DNA from: an uncultured Collinsella sp.
GTDB taxonomy: Bacteria > Actinomycetota > Coriobacteriia > Coriobacteriales > Coriobacteriaceae
Assembly (NCBI GenBank): GCA_900541875.1
Contig: UQLF01000002.1
Span: 54,350-118,349 of the forward strand
Direction of reading: 5' to 3'
DNA length: 64,000 nucleotides
In this document: in pieces, positions 19,701-28,169 of the stretch
Position numbering within the stretch: the first letter of the stretch is position 1
How the letters are laid out: every line of letters begins with the position of its first letter
The notes under the pieces: model-generated
Told to the model about the DNA's origin: nothing
What the model saw: only the letters and a program-made list of their open reading frames with translations
Databases searched by the model: none
Program-made: the position numbers and the translations under genes

Positions 19701-20102
19701 TTATAGGCGGTCCTTGTTCTCGGCCTTAACGGCGTGTGCCTGCTGAACAAAGAACAGGTCGTACACCACGATGACAAAGGCGCCAAAGTTGATGGCGTCG
19801 CCGCCAAACGCGGGAAGCGTGAGCACCGCTTGGGCAAGCGTGGCGACCGCGGCAACAATACCGAGCTTAAACGCGCCGTCCACCTGCGAAGGCTTGTTGG
19901 CGCCCTTGATACCGGCGACGCCTGCGGCAAGGTCGACGAGACCCTTGGCGATAAGCACGACCGCTGCGAGCGTGGCGTACGAACCGTACGTGGAATCGAG
20001 ACCGCCCGTGGCGATACCGACGCCGGCGGTGACGAGGCTGGCGATGCCCAAAACAAAGTAGATGAGAGCAAGGATTTTGAGAGTCTTGCGAGTGAAGCTC
20101 AT
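19701..20102 (-). CDS. small hypothetical membrane protein (133 aa, 4 predicted TM helices)
   Basis: Starts MSFTRKTLKILALIYFVLGIASL. No family recognised. Confidence 0.5.
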   Translation of the reverse strand: MSFTRKTLKILALIYFVLGIASLVTAGVGIATGGLDSTYGSYATLAAVVLIAKGLVDLAAGVAGIKGANKPSQVDGAFKLGIVAAVATLAQAVLTLPAFGGDAINFGAFVIVVYDLFFVQQAHAVKAENKDRL

Positions 20103-20335
20103 GGCGGGTCCTTTCGATACGAGTACGCCAACTTGGCGCACCCAATGTACTGCACATATGGTGAAGCACATTGTAGTTCAACGCGGCGATGCATGCGTTT
20201 GAAAGCGCTTTGAGCCCGCGCGGCCAAACCCAACCTTTCAAAAAGGAAAGCTGGACGTAAGCCAAATCGATGGCAGCTCATGTGCGGCGCTGAGATGATG
20301 AGGCCGTAACAAGGAGTTGGTCTCAAGGAGGAGCC

Positions 20336-20479
20336 ATGATGTACGGAGCAGGGCAAGTGCGTGAGCCGCGGTCGTTGGGAAGGCGCATGGGTGATTCTGT
20401 GATCTCTGCCGTGTGCACGGGATTGATGGCGGTGCTTTGCATTGGGATGCTGTGGGCCATGTCGCATGTGGGACAATAG
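20336..20479 (+). CDS. candidate 47-aa small membrane peptide (not in the ORF track)
   Basis: Strong RBS AAGGAGGAG 5 nt before ATGATG. Sequence MMYGAGQVREPRSLGRRMGDSVISAVCTGLMAVLCIGMLWAMSHVGQ has one TM helix. It lies in a 440-bp gap that otherwise has no gene. Confidence 0.3.
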   Translation: MMYGAGQVREPRSLGRRMGDSVISAVCTGLMAVLCIGMLWAMSHVGQ

Positions 20480-20542
20480 CGGACGGTTGGGTGCCGACAT
20501 AAACGGCACTCACGTATTCGTTTTGCTTGTTAAGGAGTACCC

Positions 20543-21247
20543 ATGGGCGTCGTCGATCCTTTTTCTGTTGCTCGGGCCGCGGGGCTTGAGCTGACCGGGA
20601 AGTCCGAGGGACTCACGCTCACCGACGGTACGATGGAGCTGCGTGCCGATTTTGGCCGCATGCTTCCACGGCTCAAGCAGGGCCGTCTGCAGCAAGAGCT
20701 GCTGGTAAAGGCTGCGCGCGTAAAAGGTATCGAGCGCCCATGGGCGATTGATGCCACGGCAGGCTTTGGCGAGGATTCGCTGCTGCTGGCGGCCGCGGGC
20801 TTTACCGTCGATCTGTATGAGCAGGATTGCGTGATCGCGGCGCTCCTCAAGGATGCCTTGGATCGCGCGGCAGATGATCCGGCGCTTGCGACAGCCGTGG
20901 CGCGCATGCGCTTACATGCGGGCGAGGACAGTATTGCCGGCCTTCGCCATACAGCTGAGCTGATCGGGCAGGGCGAGCTCACCGCTCCCGACGTGGTGTA
21001 TCTGGACCCCATGTTTCCCGGGCGCACCAAGAGCGCGGCGGTGAAAAAGAAGTTCCAACTTTTGCATCATTTGGAACAGCCGTGCGCCGATGAGGAGACG
21101 CTGGTCGAAGCTGCGCTTGCGGTGCACCCGCGCAAGTTGGTTATCAAGCGGCCGGTGAAGGGGCCACTGCTTGCCGGTGTTAAGCCGAGCTATCAACTTG
21201 CGGGCAAGGCCGTTCGTTACGATGTTTTGGTGCCGCCGCGCCCGTAG
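20543..21247 (+). CDS. rsmJ: 16S rRNA (guanine1516-N2)-methyltransferase RsmJ-like class I SAM methyltransferase
   Basis: Motifs DATAGFGEDSLLLAAAGF and VVYLDPMFPGRTKSAAVKKKFQLL. Confidence 0.8.
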   Translation: MGVVDPFSVARAAGLELTGKSEGLTLTDGTMELRADFGRMLPRLKQGRLQQELLVKAARVKGIERPWAIDATAGFGEDSLLLAAAGFTVDLYEQDCVIAALLKDALDRAADDPALATAVARMRLHAGEDSIAGLRHTAELIGQGELTAPDVVYLDPMFPGRTKSAAVKKKFQLLHHLEQPCADEETLVEAALAVHPRKLVIKRPVKGPLLAGVKPSYQLAGKAVRYDVLVPPRP

Positions 21248-21295
21248 CTTGCGTGCGATGGCTGGCGCTCCGTCAATGCCGTGCCGATGCGGTGC

Positions 21296-21613
21296 CTATT
21301 TCCAAGGGTGCGACGTCAGGTGCCATCCGCCGCAGTATTCGCATTTGTAGCAAGCCAAACCGCGCCGGCCGCGGTTTTCGCAGTCGGCCATAACGGCCTC
21401 GGCCTCGGCGCGCGTGTCGTAACGGTTTTTGCGTTCGCACGACTTGTAGCGCCAGGCTTCATCGCGCTCGGCGGTCAGGGCGTCGCGGCGCTCGTCTTCG
21501 CGCGCAAACAGGTCGCTCATATCGCCGCCCGTGGCAGCGCCCAAAAACTCGCTTTTGGCTTTTGACCAAGCGGCTCGCTTTTTGCTCCCCATCTGCTTCG
21601 TGCCCCTCTCCAA
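21296..21613 (-). CDS. hypothetical small protein with C-terminal CxxC...CxxC zinc-ribbon
   Basis: C-terminal Cys cluster LACYKCEYCGGWH. The true start may be the MGSKK codon at 21592. Confidence 0.45.
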   Translation of the reverse strand: MERGTKQMGSKKRAAWSKAKSEFLGAATGGDMSDLFAREDERRDALTAERDEAWRYKSCERKNRYDTRAEAEAVMADCENRGRRGLACYKCEYCGGWHLTSHPWK

Positions 21614-21666
21614 ACGTTGGTATCATTGCTCAATCAAAGTGATACCAATAAACGTGAGGTCGCCGC

Positions 21667-22158
21667 GTGATGATCAGAAAAACCCTCGATACCGACATTC
21701 CCGCTGTCATGGCTATCTATGACACGGCCCGCGCCTTTATGCGCGCGCATGGCAACGCCACGCAGTGGCCCGAGGGCACGCCTTCGGCCGAGCAGCTGGC
21801 TGCCGATATTGCCGCCGGTGGCAGCTATGTGTGCGAAGTCGACGGTCGCGTGGTGGCGACGTTTGCCTTTTTGCCGGGTCCGGACGAGTGCTATGACGTA
21901 ATTGAGGACGGGCAATGGCGCAGCGATACTCCGTACGCCGTGTTGCACCGTGTGGCATCCGACGGCACCGTGCACGGTATCGCGGCTGCGATGTTCGCCT
22001 TTGCCAAAGAGCGTGCCGACCACCTGCGCATCGATACGCACCAGGACAATCTACCCATGCAGGGTGCGAGCATCAAGGCGGGGTTTGAACGCGCCGGCGT
22101 CGTGTATGTGTCGGACGGCACTCCGCGCGTTGCCTTCGATTGGCTACGTGAGGCATAA
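21667..22158 (+). CDS. GNAT family N-acetyltransferase
   Basis: About 160 aa with an acetyl-CoA-binding-like region HRVASDGTVHGIAAAMFAFAKERA. Confidence 0.75.
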   Translation: MMIRKTLDTDIPAVMAIYDTARAFMRAHGNATQWPEGTPSAEQLAADIAAGGSYVCEVDGRVVATFAFLPGPDECYDVIEDGQWRSDTPYAVLHRVASDGTVHGIAAAMFAFAKERADHLRIDTHQDNLPMQGASIKAGFERAGVVYVSDGTPRVAFDWLREA

Positions 22159-22184
22159 GAGCGGAGACGCGTATTAACAATTCG

Positions 22185-22225
22185 CGCGAACGGAAATGGC
22201 CCCGAGCGGGGCCATTTTTGGTTGC
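22185..22225 (+). terminator. intrinsic terminator after the GNAT gene
   Basis: AAATGGCCCCGAGCGGGGCCATTTTTGG. Confidence 0.75.
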
Positions 22226-22413
22226 TGTGCTGTTTTGAAAGCCGGCTTTCGCAAGGCGCGAACTTACGAAAATCGCCGCGCGGCAACGCGGGGCGATGAG
22301 CTCGGTCGGGGGATAGGGCTCGCTTCGCCCGCCGGCCCGTAAATTGTATCATCCAGTGTGGGACGAGGATGCCCGTTGCCGCGCGGCGATGGGCTTGTAA
22401 TAAGAGGAGGGCC

Positions 22414-24417
22414 ATGTCGAAGCAAGCGGTCGTTGGAATCTTGGCGCATGTCGATGCCGGTAAGACCACGCTGGCCGAGGCCATGCTGTTCAACGCGGGT
22501 CGCATTCGCAAACGCGGCCGCGTGGACGATGGCGATTCGCATCTGGACACTAACGCGATCGAGCGTGAGCGCGGCATTACGATCTTCTCGTCGCAGGCCG
22601 TGCTCGACCACGGCGATACCCGCGTCATGCTTGTGGATGCGCCCGGCCACGTCGATTTTTCGGCCGAGGCGGAGCGCACACTGCGCGCGCTCGACTATGC
22701 GATTTTGGTTGTGAGCGCCAACGACGGCGTGCAGGGGCACACCGAAACCCTGTGGCGTCTGCTTGCGCGCTATGACATCCCGACGTTCATCTTCATCAAC
22801 AAGATCGATTTGGAGAATCCCGGCCGCGATGTTTTGCTGGCACAACTCGGGCAGCGTCTTTCCGAGGGCTGCCTGGATGCCAACGAACTGCTGGTGGGCG
22901 GCGCCGTTCAGGAGGACGCTGCTGCGTTGGACGAAGCGGCGCTCGAGGAGTTTTTTGAAGCGGGTGAGCTTTCTGTCGCAACGCTGTCGCGCATGGTTGC
23001 CGAACGCAAGCTCTTTCCCTGCTTTGCCGGCTCGGCGCTCAAGGACCAAGGCGTGGACGAGCTGCTGGACGGCATATGCGCGCTGATGCGCGAACAGGTA
23101 TGGTATCCAGAGTTTGCCGCGCGCGTCTATCGTGTCAGCCGCGGGGATCGCGGCGAGCGCTTGGCTTGGGTTAAAGTGACCGGCGGCACGCTGCATGCCA
23201 AGCAGATGATTGACGCACGTTCCAGTGTCGAGGCATGGGAGCAGAAGGTCGATCAGGTACGCATCTATAACGGCGAGAAGTATGAGCTTGCCCAAGAAGT
23301 TGCTGCTGGCGGTATTTGCGCCGTGACGGGTCTTGCGCACGTTCGCCCGGGGGACGCCTTGGGCGCGGAGCCCGCGGGCGATGCGCCCGTCATTGCGCCA
23401 GTTCTCACCTATACGGTGCTTCCGGGCGAACACGACGTCCATACGGTGTTCAAAGCATTGACTGAGTTGGCGGATGAAGATCCTATGCTCGGCGTAAGCT
23501 GGAATACGCATCTGGAGCAGATTCACCTGCAGCTGATGGGCGCCGTGCAACTCGAGGTCGTGCAGCGGGTGTTGGCCGATCGCTTTGGCCTTTCGATTGC
23601 GTTTGAGCCCGGCGGCATCCTCTATAAGGAGACTATTTCGCAGCCGGTCGAGGGCGTGGGCCACTTTGAGCCACTGCGCCACTATGCCGAGGTGCATCTG
23701 CGTCTGGAGCCGTTGCCAGCGGGTTCGGGCGTGCAGTTTGGTACCGTGACCTCGACCGACGAGCTCGATCTTAACTGGCAACGTTTGGCACTCACCAACG
23801 CCATGGAGCGCGACCACCTGGGCGTGCTGACCGGCTCGCCCATCACCGATGTGCGCATTACGCTCACGGGCGGCCGCGCGCATGCCAAGCACACCGAGGG
23901 CGGCGACTTTCGCCAGGCCACGTACCGCGCGATTCGCCAGGGGCTCATGCAGGCGCGTGAGGCCGGCGCGGCGGTGCTGTTGGAGCCGTGGTATCGCTTT
24001 GAGCTCGAGGTGCCGGGGGAGTGCGTGGGCCGGGCGCTCTCGGATGCCACGCGCATGGGTGCCGAGTACGAGCCGCCGACGATGGCGGGCGACCGGGCGA
24101 AGCTTGTGGGTCGCGTACCGGCATCCGAGGTGCAGGACTACGCGCTGGAGGTGGCTGCCTACACGAGCGGTCGCGGACATCTGTACCTGGAGTTCGCCGG
24201 CTATGCGGCTTGCCATGATGCCGAGCGCGTCATCGAGACGGCCGCCTATGAGCCCGAGGCCGATCTGCCCAACACGCCCGATTCGGTCTTTTGCTCTCAC
24301 GGCGCCGGTTACACGATCAAATGGTACGACGTGCCCGCCGTGGCGCACGTAAAGGTCGATCCCACCACCTTCCGCCCTTGGCGAGCGGCAGACGCAGAGT
24401 TTTTCGGCCACATGTGA
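22414..24417 (+). CDS. translation-factor-family GTPase resembling Tet(M)/Tet(W)-type ribosomal protection proteins / EF-G paralogue
   Basis: Motifs GILAHVDAGKTTLAEAML, ERERGITI, DAPGHVDF and FINKID. The domain order LDYAILVVSANDGVQ...IPTFIFINKID matches Tet(M)-like proteins. Start chosen at 22414, which has RBS AGGAGG. Confidence 0.7.
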   Translation: MSKQAVVGILAHVDAGKTTLAEAMLFNAGRIRKRGRVDDGDSHLDTNAIERERGITIFSSQAVLDHGDTRVMLVDAPGHVDFSAEAERTLRALDYAILVVSANDGVQGHTETLWRLLARYDIPTFIFINKIDLENPGRDVLLAQLGQRLSEGCLDANELLVGGAVQEDAAALDEAALEEFFEAGELSVATLSRMVAERKLFPCFAGSALKDQGVDELLDGICALMREQVWYPEFAARVYRVSRGDRGERLAWVKVTGGTLHAKQMIDARSSVEAWEQKVDQVRIYNGEKYELAQEVAAGGICAVTGLAHVRPGDALGAEPAGDAPVIAPVLTYTVLPGEHDVHTVFKALTELADEDPMLGVSWNTHLEQIHLQLMGAVQLEVVQRVLADRFGLSIAFEPGGILYKETISQPVEGVGHFEPLRHYAEVHLRLEPLPAGSGVQFGTVTSTDELDLNWQRLALTNAMERDHLGVLTGSPITDVRITLTGGRAHAKHTEGGDFRQATYRAIRQGLMQAREAGAAVLLEPWYRFELEVPGECVGRALSDATRMGAEYEPPTMAGDRAKLVGRVPASEVQDYALEVAAYTSGRGHLYLEFAGYAACHDAERVIETAAYEPEADLPNTPDSVFCSHGAGYTIKWYDVPAVAHVKVDPTTFRPWRAADAEFFGHM

Positions 24418-24442
24418 CAAAGGGATAGTTCCTTTGTTACAT
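24414..24442. terminator. palindrome family 3, copy 1 (TGTGACAAAGGGATAGTTCCTTTGTTACA), overlapping the stop codon of the GTPase gene
   Basis: Near-perfect 13-bp arms. A near-identical palindrome sits at 28141-28169. Confidence 0.55.
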
Positions 24443-24447
24443 GCTAT

Positions 24448-24480
24448 TGGTATAACTCGGTATAAGTTGGTATAACTATT
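24448..24480 (+). promoter_or_regulatory. three tandem direct repeats (T)GGTATAA(C/G)T upstream of the ATPase gene
   Basis: ttGGTATAACTcGGTATAAGTtGGTATAACTatt, ending 30 nt before the ATPase start. Candidate promoter or operator. Confidence 0.4.
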
Positions 24481-24510
24481 ACCAGGGTTTGCCAATCCGA
24501 GGAGGCCGAC

Positions 24511-25629
24511 ATGAATCCAAATCCCTTTAAGCCCACGGCTGGCAAGCGGCCTCCGATGCTCATCGGTCGCGAGTCGGTCATCGAAGATTTCGAGGAAGGG
24601 CTCGATAACGGCGCCGGAGCGCCGGGCAGGCTCATGCTCATTACGGGAAACCGCGGCTGCGGCAAGACAGTTCTCCTGCGGGAGCTGCAACGTCTGGCCA
24701 GCGAGCGCGGATGGGCGGTTGTCTCCGATTCCGCTTCGCTTGGCTTATGCGACCGCTTGGCCGACGCGCTTCGCTCGAATAAACCCGTTGTGACGTCAAT
24801 GGAGTTCGGTCCGTCGTTTGGGCGGATGTCGGTCGAGGCGGCGCGAGCAAAGGGCGAGACGTTGCGAGGGCTGGTCAACGAGTGCCTCAAGAAGCTCGGT
24901 CCAGGCAAGGGCATACTGTTTGCGATTGACGAGGCTCAATCGGCGTCTATCGAGGAACTGGCGGCTCTTGCCGTTCTCTATCAGCAGGTGCTCGGAGACC
25001 AGGATGCCACAGGCTTGCCCGATAGCGACCAACGCGGTCTTGCCTTGGTGTTTGCCGGCCTGCCCAGCATGGTGGACGATCTGCTCGAGGAACCTAGCGT
25101 GACGTTTTTACGCCGTGCTCAGCAGCGCACGCTGGGGGCGATATCTTTGCCCAAGGTGCGCGATTCGTACATCCAGACGGTCAAAGACGCTGGTCTTGAC
25201 GTTGACGTGGAGACAGCGGACCTTTCGGCACACAAGAGCATGGGGCATCCCTATATGGTTCAGCTGGTGGGCTATTACATGTGGCGCTCTGCTGTCCGGC
25301 GCAACTCACGGGTCATTGAAAGGCGCGATGTCGAGGCTGGCCATAAGGACGCTGTCTCCGAGTTCTACGAAGCTGTTGACGCTCCCTTGTATTACGGGTT
25401 GCGCAGTCCGCAACGCCTCTTTGTCGAGGCCATGGCTGCTGACGAGGGTGAGCCGACGCGCATGGCGGATATTATTGAGCGCTGCGACCGTACTCAGAGT
25501 TGGGCGAGTAAATATCGCGCAAGCCTGATTCGCGAGCGCGTCATCGAGGCTGCCGGATACGGCCTCGTCCGGTTTACCGTGCCCATGCTGGGCGAGTACA
25601 TTCGCGATCGCATTTTATGGCACGAGTAG
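24511..25629 (+). CDS. P-loop ATPase (Arch_ATPase/ORC-Cdc6-like AAA+ with C-terminal winged-helix-like region)
   Basis: Walker A GNRGCGKT. Walker B ILFAIDEAQ. RBS GAGGAGG before the ATG at 24511. Translationally coupled to the downstream uvrA-like gene. Confidence 0.6.
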   Translation: MNPNPFKPTAGKRPPMLIGRESVIEDFEEGLDNGAGAPGRLMLITGNRGCGKTVLLRELQRLASERGWAVVSDSASLGLCDRLADALRSNKPVVTSMEFGPSFGRMSVEAARAKGETLRGLVNECLKKLGPGKGILFAIDEAQSASIEELAALAVLYQQVLGDQDATGLPDSDQRGLALVFAGLPSMVDDLLEEPSVTFLRRAQQRTLGAISLPKVRDSYIQTVKDAGLDVDVETADLSAHKSMGHPYMVQLVGYYMWRSAVRRNSRVIERRDVEAGHKDAVSEFYEAVDAPLYYGLRSPQRLFVEAMAADEGEPTRMADIIERCDRTQSWASKYRASLIRERVIEAAGYGLVRFTVPMLGEYIRDRILWHE

Positions 25630-25630
25630 G

Positions 25631-28135
25631 GTGATAAAGATGACGGAACAGAAGATGAGCCCGCAGGCTATCGAGGTGCGTGGCGCGCGCGTCCATAACC
25701 TCAAGGGCATCGATATAGATATCCCGCTGGGAAAGCTCGTAGGCATTGCCGGCGTGTCGGGTTCGGGCAAGAGTTCGCTGGCACTGGGCGTTCTTTACGC
25801 CGAGGGCTCGCGCCGTTACCTGGAGGCGCTCAGCACCTATACTCGCCGTCGTCTGACGCAGGCCGAACATGCCCAGGTGGATGAGGTCTTGCACGTGCCG
25901 GCGGCGCTCGCGCTACACCAGCGTCCGAGCGTGCCGGGCGTGCGTTCCACTTTTGGCACCATGACAGAGCTCAACAATAGCCTGCGTCTACTCTTTAGCC
26001 GCTGCGCCCATCACGTGTGCCCGCATTGCGGGGCGCGTGTGGAGCCGAGCCATAACGTGGCTGCGGGCCTGTCGCTCACGTGCCCCGCATGCGGCCGCGA
26101 GTTCTACGCGCCGGGTGCCGAGGACCTTGCCTTTAACAGCGGCGGTGCGTGCTCTACCTGCGGCGGCACTGGTGTCATGCGCGAGGTGGACGAGGCGAGC
26201 CTGGTGCCCGACGAGTCAAAGACCATCAACGAAGGCGCGGTGCTTCCCTGGGGTACGCTCATGTGGGATCTGATGAAGCAGGTAGCCGGCGAGATGGGCG
26301 TGCGCACCGACGTGCCGTTTAACCAGCTCACGCCTCAAGAGCGCGACATCGTGTTCCATGGCCCGGCGGTTAAGAAGCACATTCTCTACGTTCCCAAAAA
26401 CGGCGAGGGCGCTACGCCGCTCGACTTTACCTATTACAACGCCGTCTATACCGTCGAGAATGCGCTCGCCAAGGTTAAGGACGACAAGGGCCTCAAACGC
26501 GTTGCACGCTTTTTGCGCGAGGGCCCATGCCGTGACTGCGCCGGCACGCGTCTCTCCGAGGCTGCGCGCCAGCCCCAGGTGCGCGGTATCAATCTGGCGC
26601 AGGCGGCGGCCATGACGCTGGGCGAGGCGATTGAGTGGGTGCGCGGGGTGCCCGCATCCTTGCCGCCCGAGATGCGGCCCATGGCGACGGATATCTGCGA
26701 TTCATTTTTGAGCGCGGCCCGTCGTCTGGTCGACCTGGGTCTCGATTACCTTTCACTCGACCGCGCCGGTGCCACGCTCTCCACGGGCGAGCGTCAGCGC
26801 GTGCAGCTCGCTCGCGTGGTGCGCAACCGATCGACGGGCGTGCTCTATGTGCTGGACGAGCCCTCGATTGGCTTGCATCCTGCCAATGTTGATGGTCTGG
26901 TAGGCGTGATGCGCGATCTGGTTGATGACGGCAACACCGTGGTTGTTGTCGACCACGATACGCGCGTACTGGCGGAAGCCGACTATCTGGTCGAGATGGG
27001 CCCCGTTGCCGGAGCAGGCGGCGGTAATGTGATTGCCGCTGGTACGGTAGACGAGGTCGAGCAATCGCGGGGCAGCCGCATCGCGCCGTTTTTGCGCGCC
27101 GAGCCCAAACGCTTGCGTCCGCAGGTGACTGACGAGGAAATGTTCGACCAGGGTCACATCCGCATGGCAACCGATGCCATCCATACCGTCAAGCCGCTCG
27201 AAGTCGATATCCCGCGCGGTCACCTTGTCGCGGTGACGGGCGTTTCGGGTTCGGGCAAGACGACGTTGGTGCTCGAGACGCTCATCCCGGCACTCAAGGC
27301 GCAGGCAGCCGGCGAGCGCCTGCCAAAACATGTGCGTTGGATCGATGCCGAAGGCATTGCCCGCGCAAACCTGATTGACGCTACGCCTATCGGCGCCAAC
27401 GTGCGCTCGACGGTGGCGACTTATGCCGACATCCATGATGAGTTGCGCCGCGCCTTCGCCCGCACGCCCGAGGCCAAGGCAGCCGGCTACAAGGCAGGTG
27501 CCTTTAGCTACAACACTGGCACTCTGCGCTGCCCTACGTGCGATGGCACGGGATCGATATCGCTCGACGTGCAGTTTCTGCCCGACGTCGAGATCGTCTG
27601 CCCAGCATGTCGCGGCTCACGTTATGCAGACGCTGCTTCGCATATCCATCGCGAGGGCAAGGACGGGAGTCTGCTTACGTTGCCGCAGCTCATGGACATG
27701 AGTGTGGACGAGGCCCTCGACGCCACGGTGGGACTCAAGAAGGTTCAGGCGCGCTTGCAGACCTTGCACGACCTGGGCTTGGGTTATCTCACGCTCGGTG
27801 AGCCCACGCCGGCGCTTTCGGGCGGCGAAGCGCAGCGTCTTAAGCTTGCGAGCGAGATGGGACGCGTGCAGGACGATGCCGTATTCGTATTCGACGAGCC
27901 TACGATCGGTCTACATCCGCTCGATGTTCAGGTGTTGCTGAGTGTGTTCGACGGCCTTGTTGCCAAGGGCGCTACGGTTATCGTGATCGAACACGATCTC
28001 GACCTTATCCGTAACGCCGATTACGTGATCGACATGGGCCCGGGCGGTGGCGACGCCGGCGGGCAAATCGTCTGCGCCGGCACGCCGGGCGACATCGTGG
28101 CCTGCTTCAAGAGCATTACCGGTCGCTACCTATAA
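25631..28135 (+). CDS. UvrA paralogue (class II UvrA; double ABC ATPase with zinc fingers, UvrB-binding domain absent)
   Basis: Walker A GVSGSGKSSL and GVSGSGKTTL. Signatures LSTGERQRVQLA and LSGGEAQRLKLA. Only about 25 residues separate the CPHCG and CPACG/CSTCGGTG zinc-finger halves, against about 140 in canonical UvrA. Total 834 aa. Confidence 0.85.
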   Translation: MIKMTEQKMSPQAIEVRGARVHNLKGIDIDIPLGKLVGIAGVSGSGKSSLALGVLYAEGSRRYLEALSTYTRRRLTQAEHAQVDEVLHVPAALALHQRPSVPGVRSTFGTMTELNNSLRLLFSRCAHHVCPHCGARVEPSHNVAAGLSLTCPACGREFYAPGAEDLAFNSGGACSTCGGTGVMREVDEASLVPDESKTINEGAVLPWGTLMWDLMKQVAGEMGVRTDVPFNQLTPQERDIVFHGPAVKKHILYVPKNGEGATPLDFTYYNAVYTVENALAKVKDDKGLKRVARFLREGPCRDCAGTRLSEAARQPQVRGINLAQAAAMTLGEAIEWVRGVPASLPPEMRPMATDICDSFLSAARRLVDLGLDYLSLDRAGATLSTGERQRVQLARVVRNRSTGVLYVLDEPSIGLHPANVDGLVGVMRDLVDDGNTVVVVDHDTRVLAEADYLVEMGPVAGAGGGNVIAAGTVDEVEQSRGSRIAPFLRAEPKRLRPQVTDEEMFDQGHIRMATDAIHTVKPLEVDIPRGHLVAVTGVSGSGKTTLVLETLIPALKAQAAGERLPKHVRWIDAEGIARANLIDATPIGANVRSTVATYADIHDELRRAFARTPEAKAAGYKAGAFSYNTGTLRCPTCDGTGSISLDVQFLPDVEIVCPACRGSRYADAASHIHREGKDGSLLTLPQLMDMSVDEALDATVGLKKVQARLQTLHDLGLGYLTLGEPTPALSGGEAQRLKLASEMGRVQDDAVFVFDEPTIGLHPLDVQVLLSVFDGLVAKGATVIVIEHDLDLIRNADYVIDMGPGGGDAGGQIVCAGTPGDIVACFKSITGRYL

Positions 28136-28140
28136 CCGAA

Positions 28141-28169
28141 TGTGACAAAGGGACTGTCCCTTTGTCACA
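28141..28169. terminator. palindrome family 3, copy 2 (TGTGACAAAGGGACTGTCCCTTTGTCACA), a bidirectional hairpin between uvrA-like and trmL
   Basis: Perfect 14-bp arms. Confidence 0.6.
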
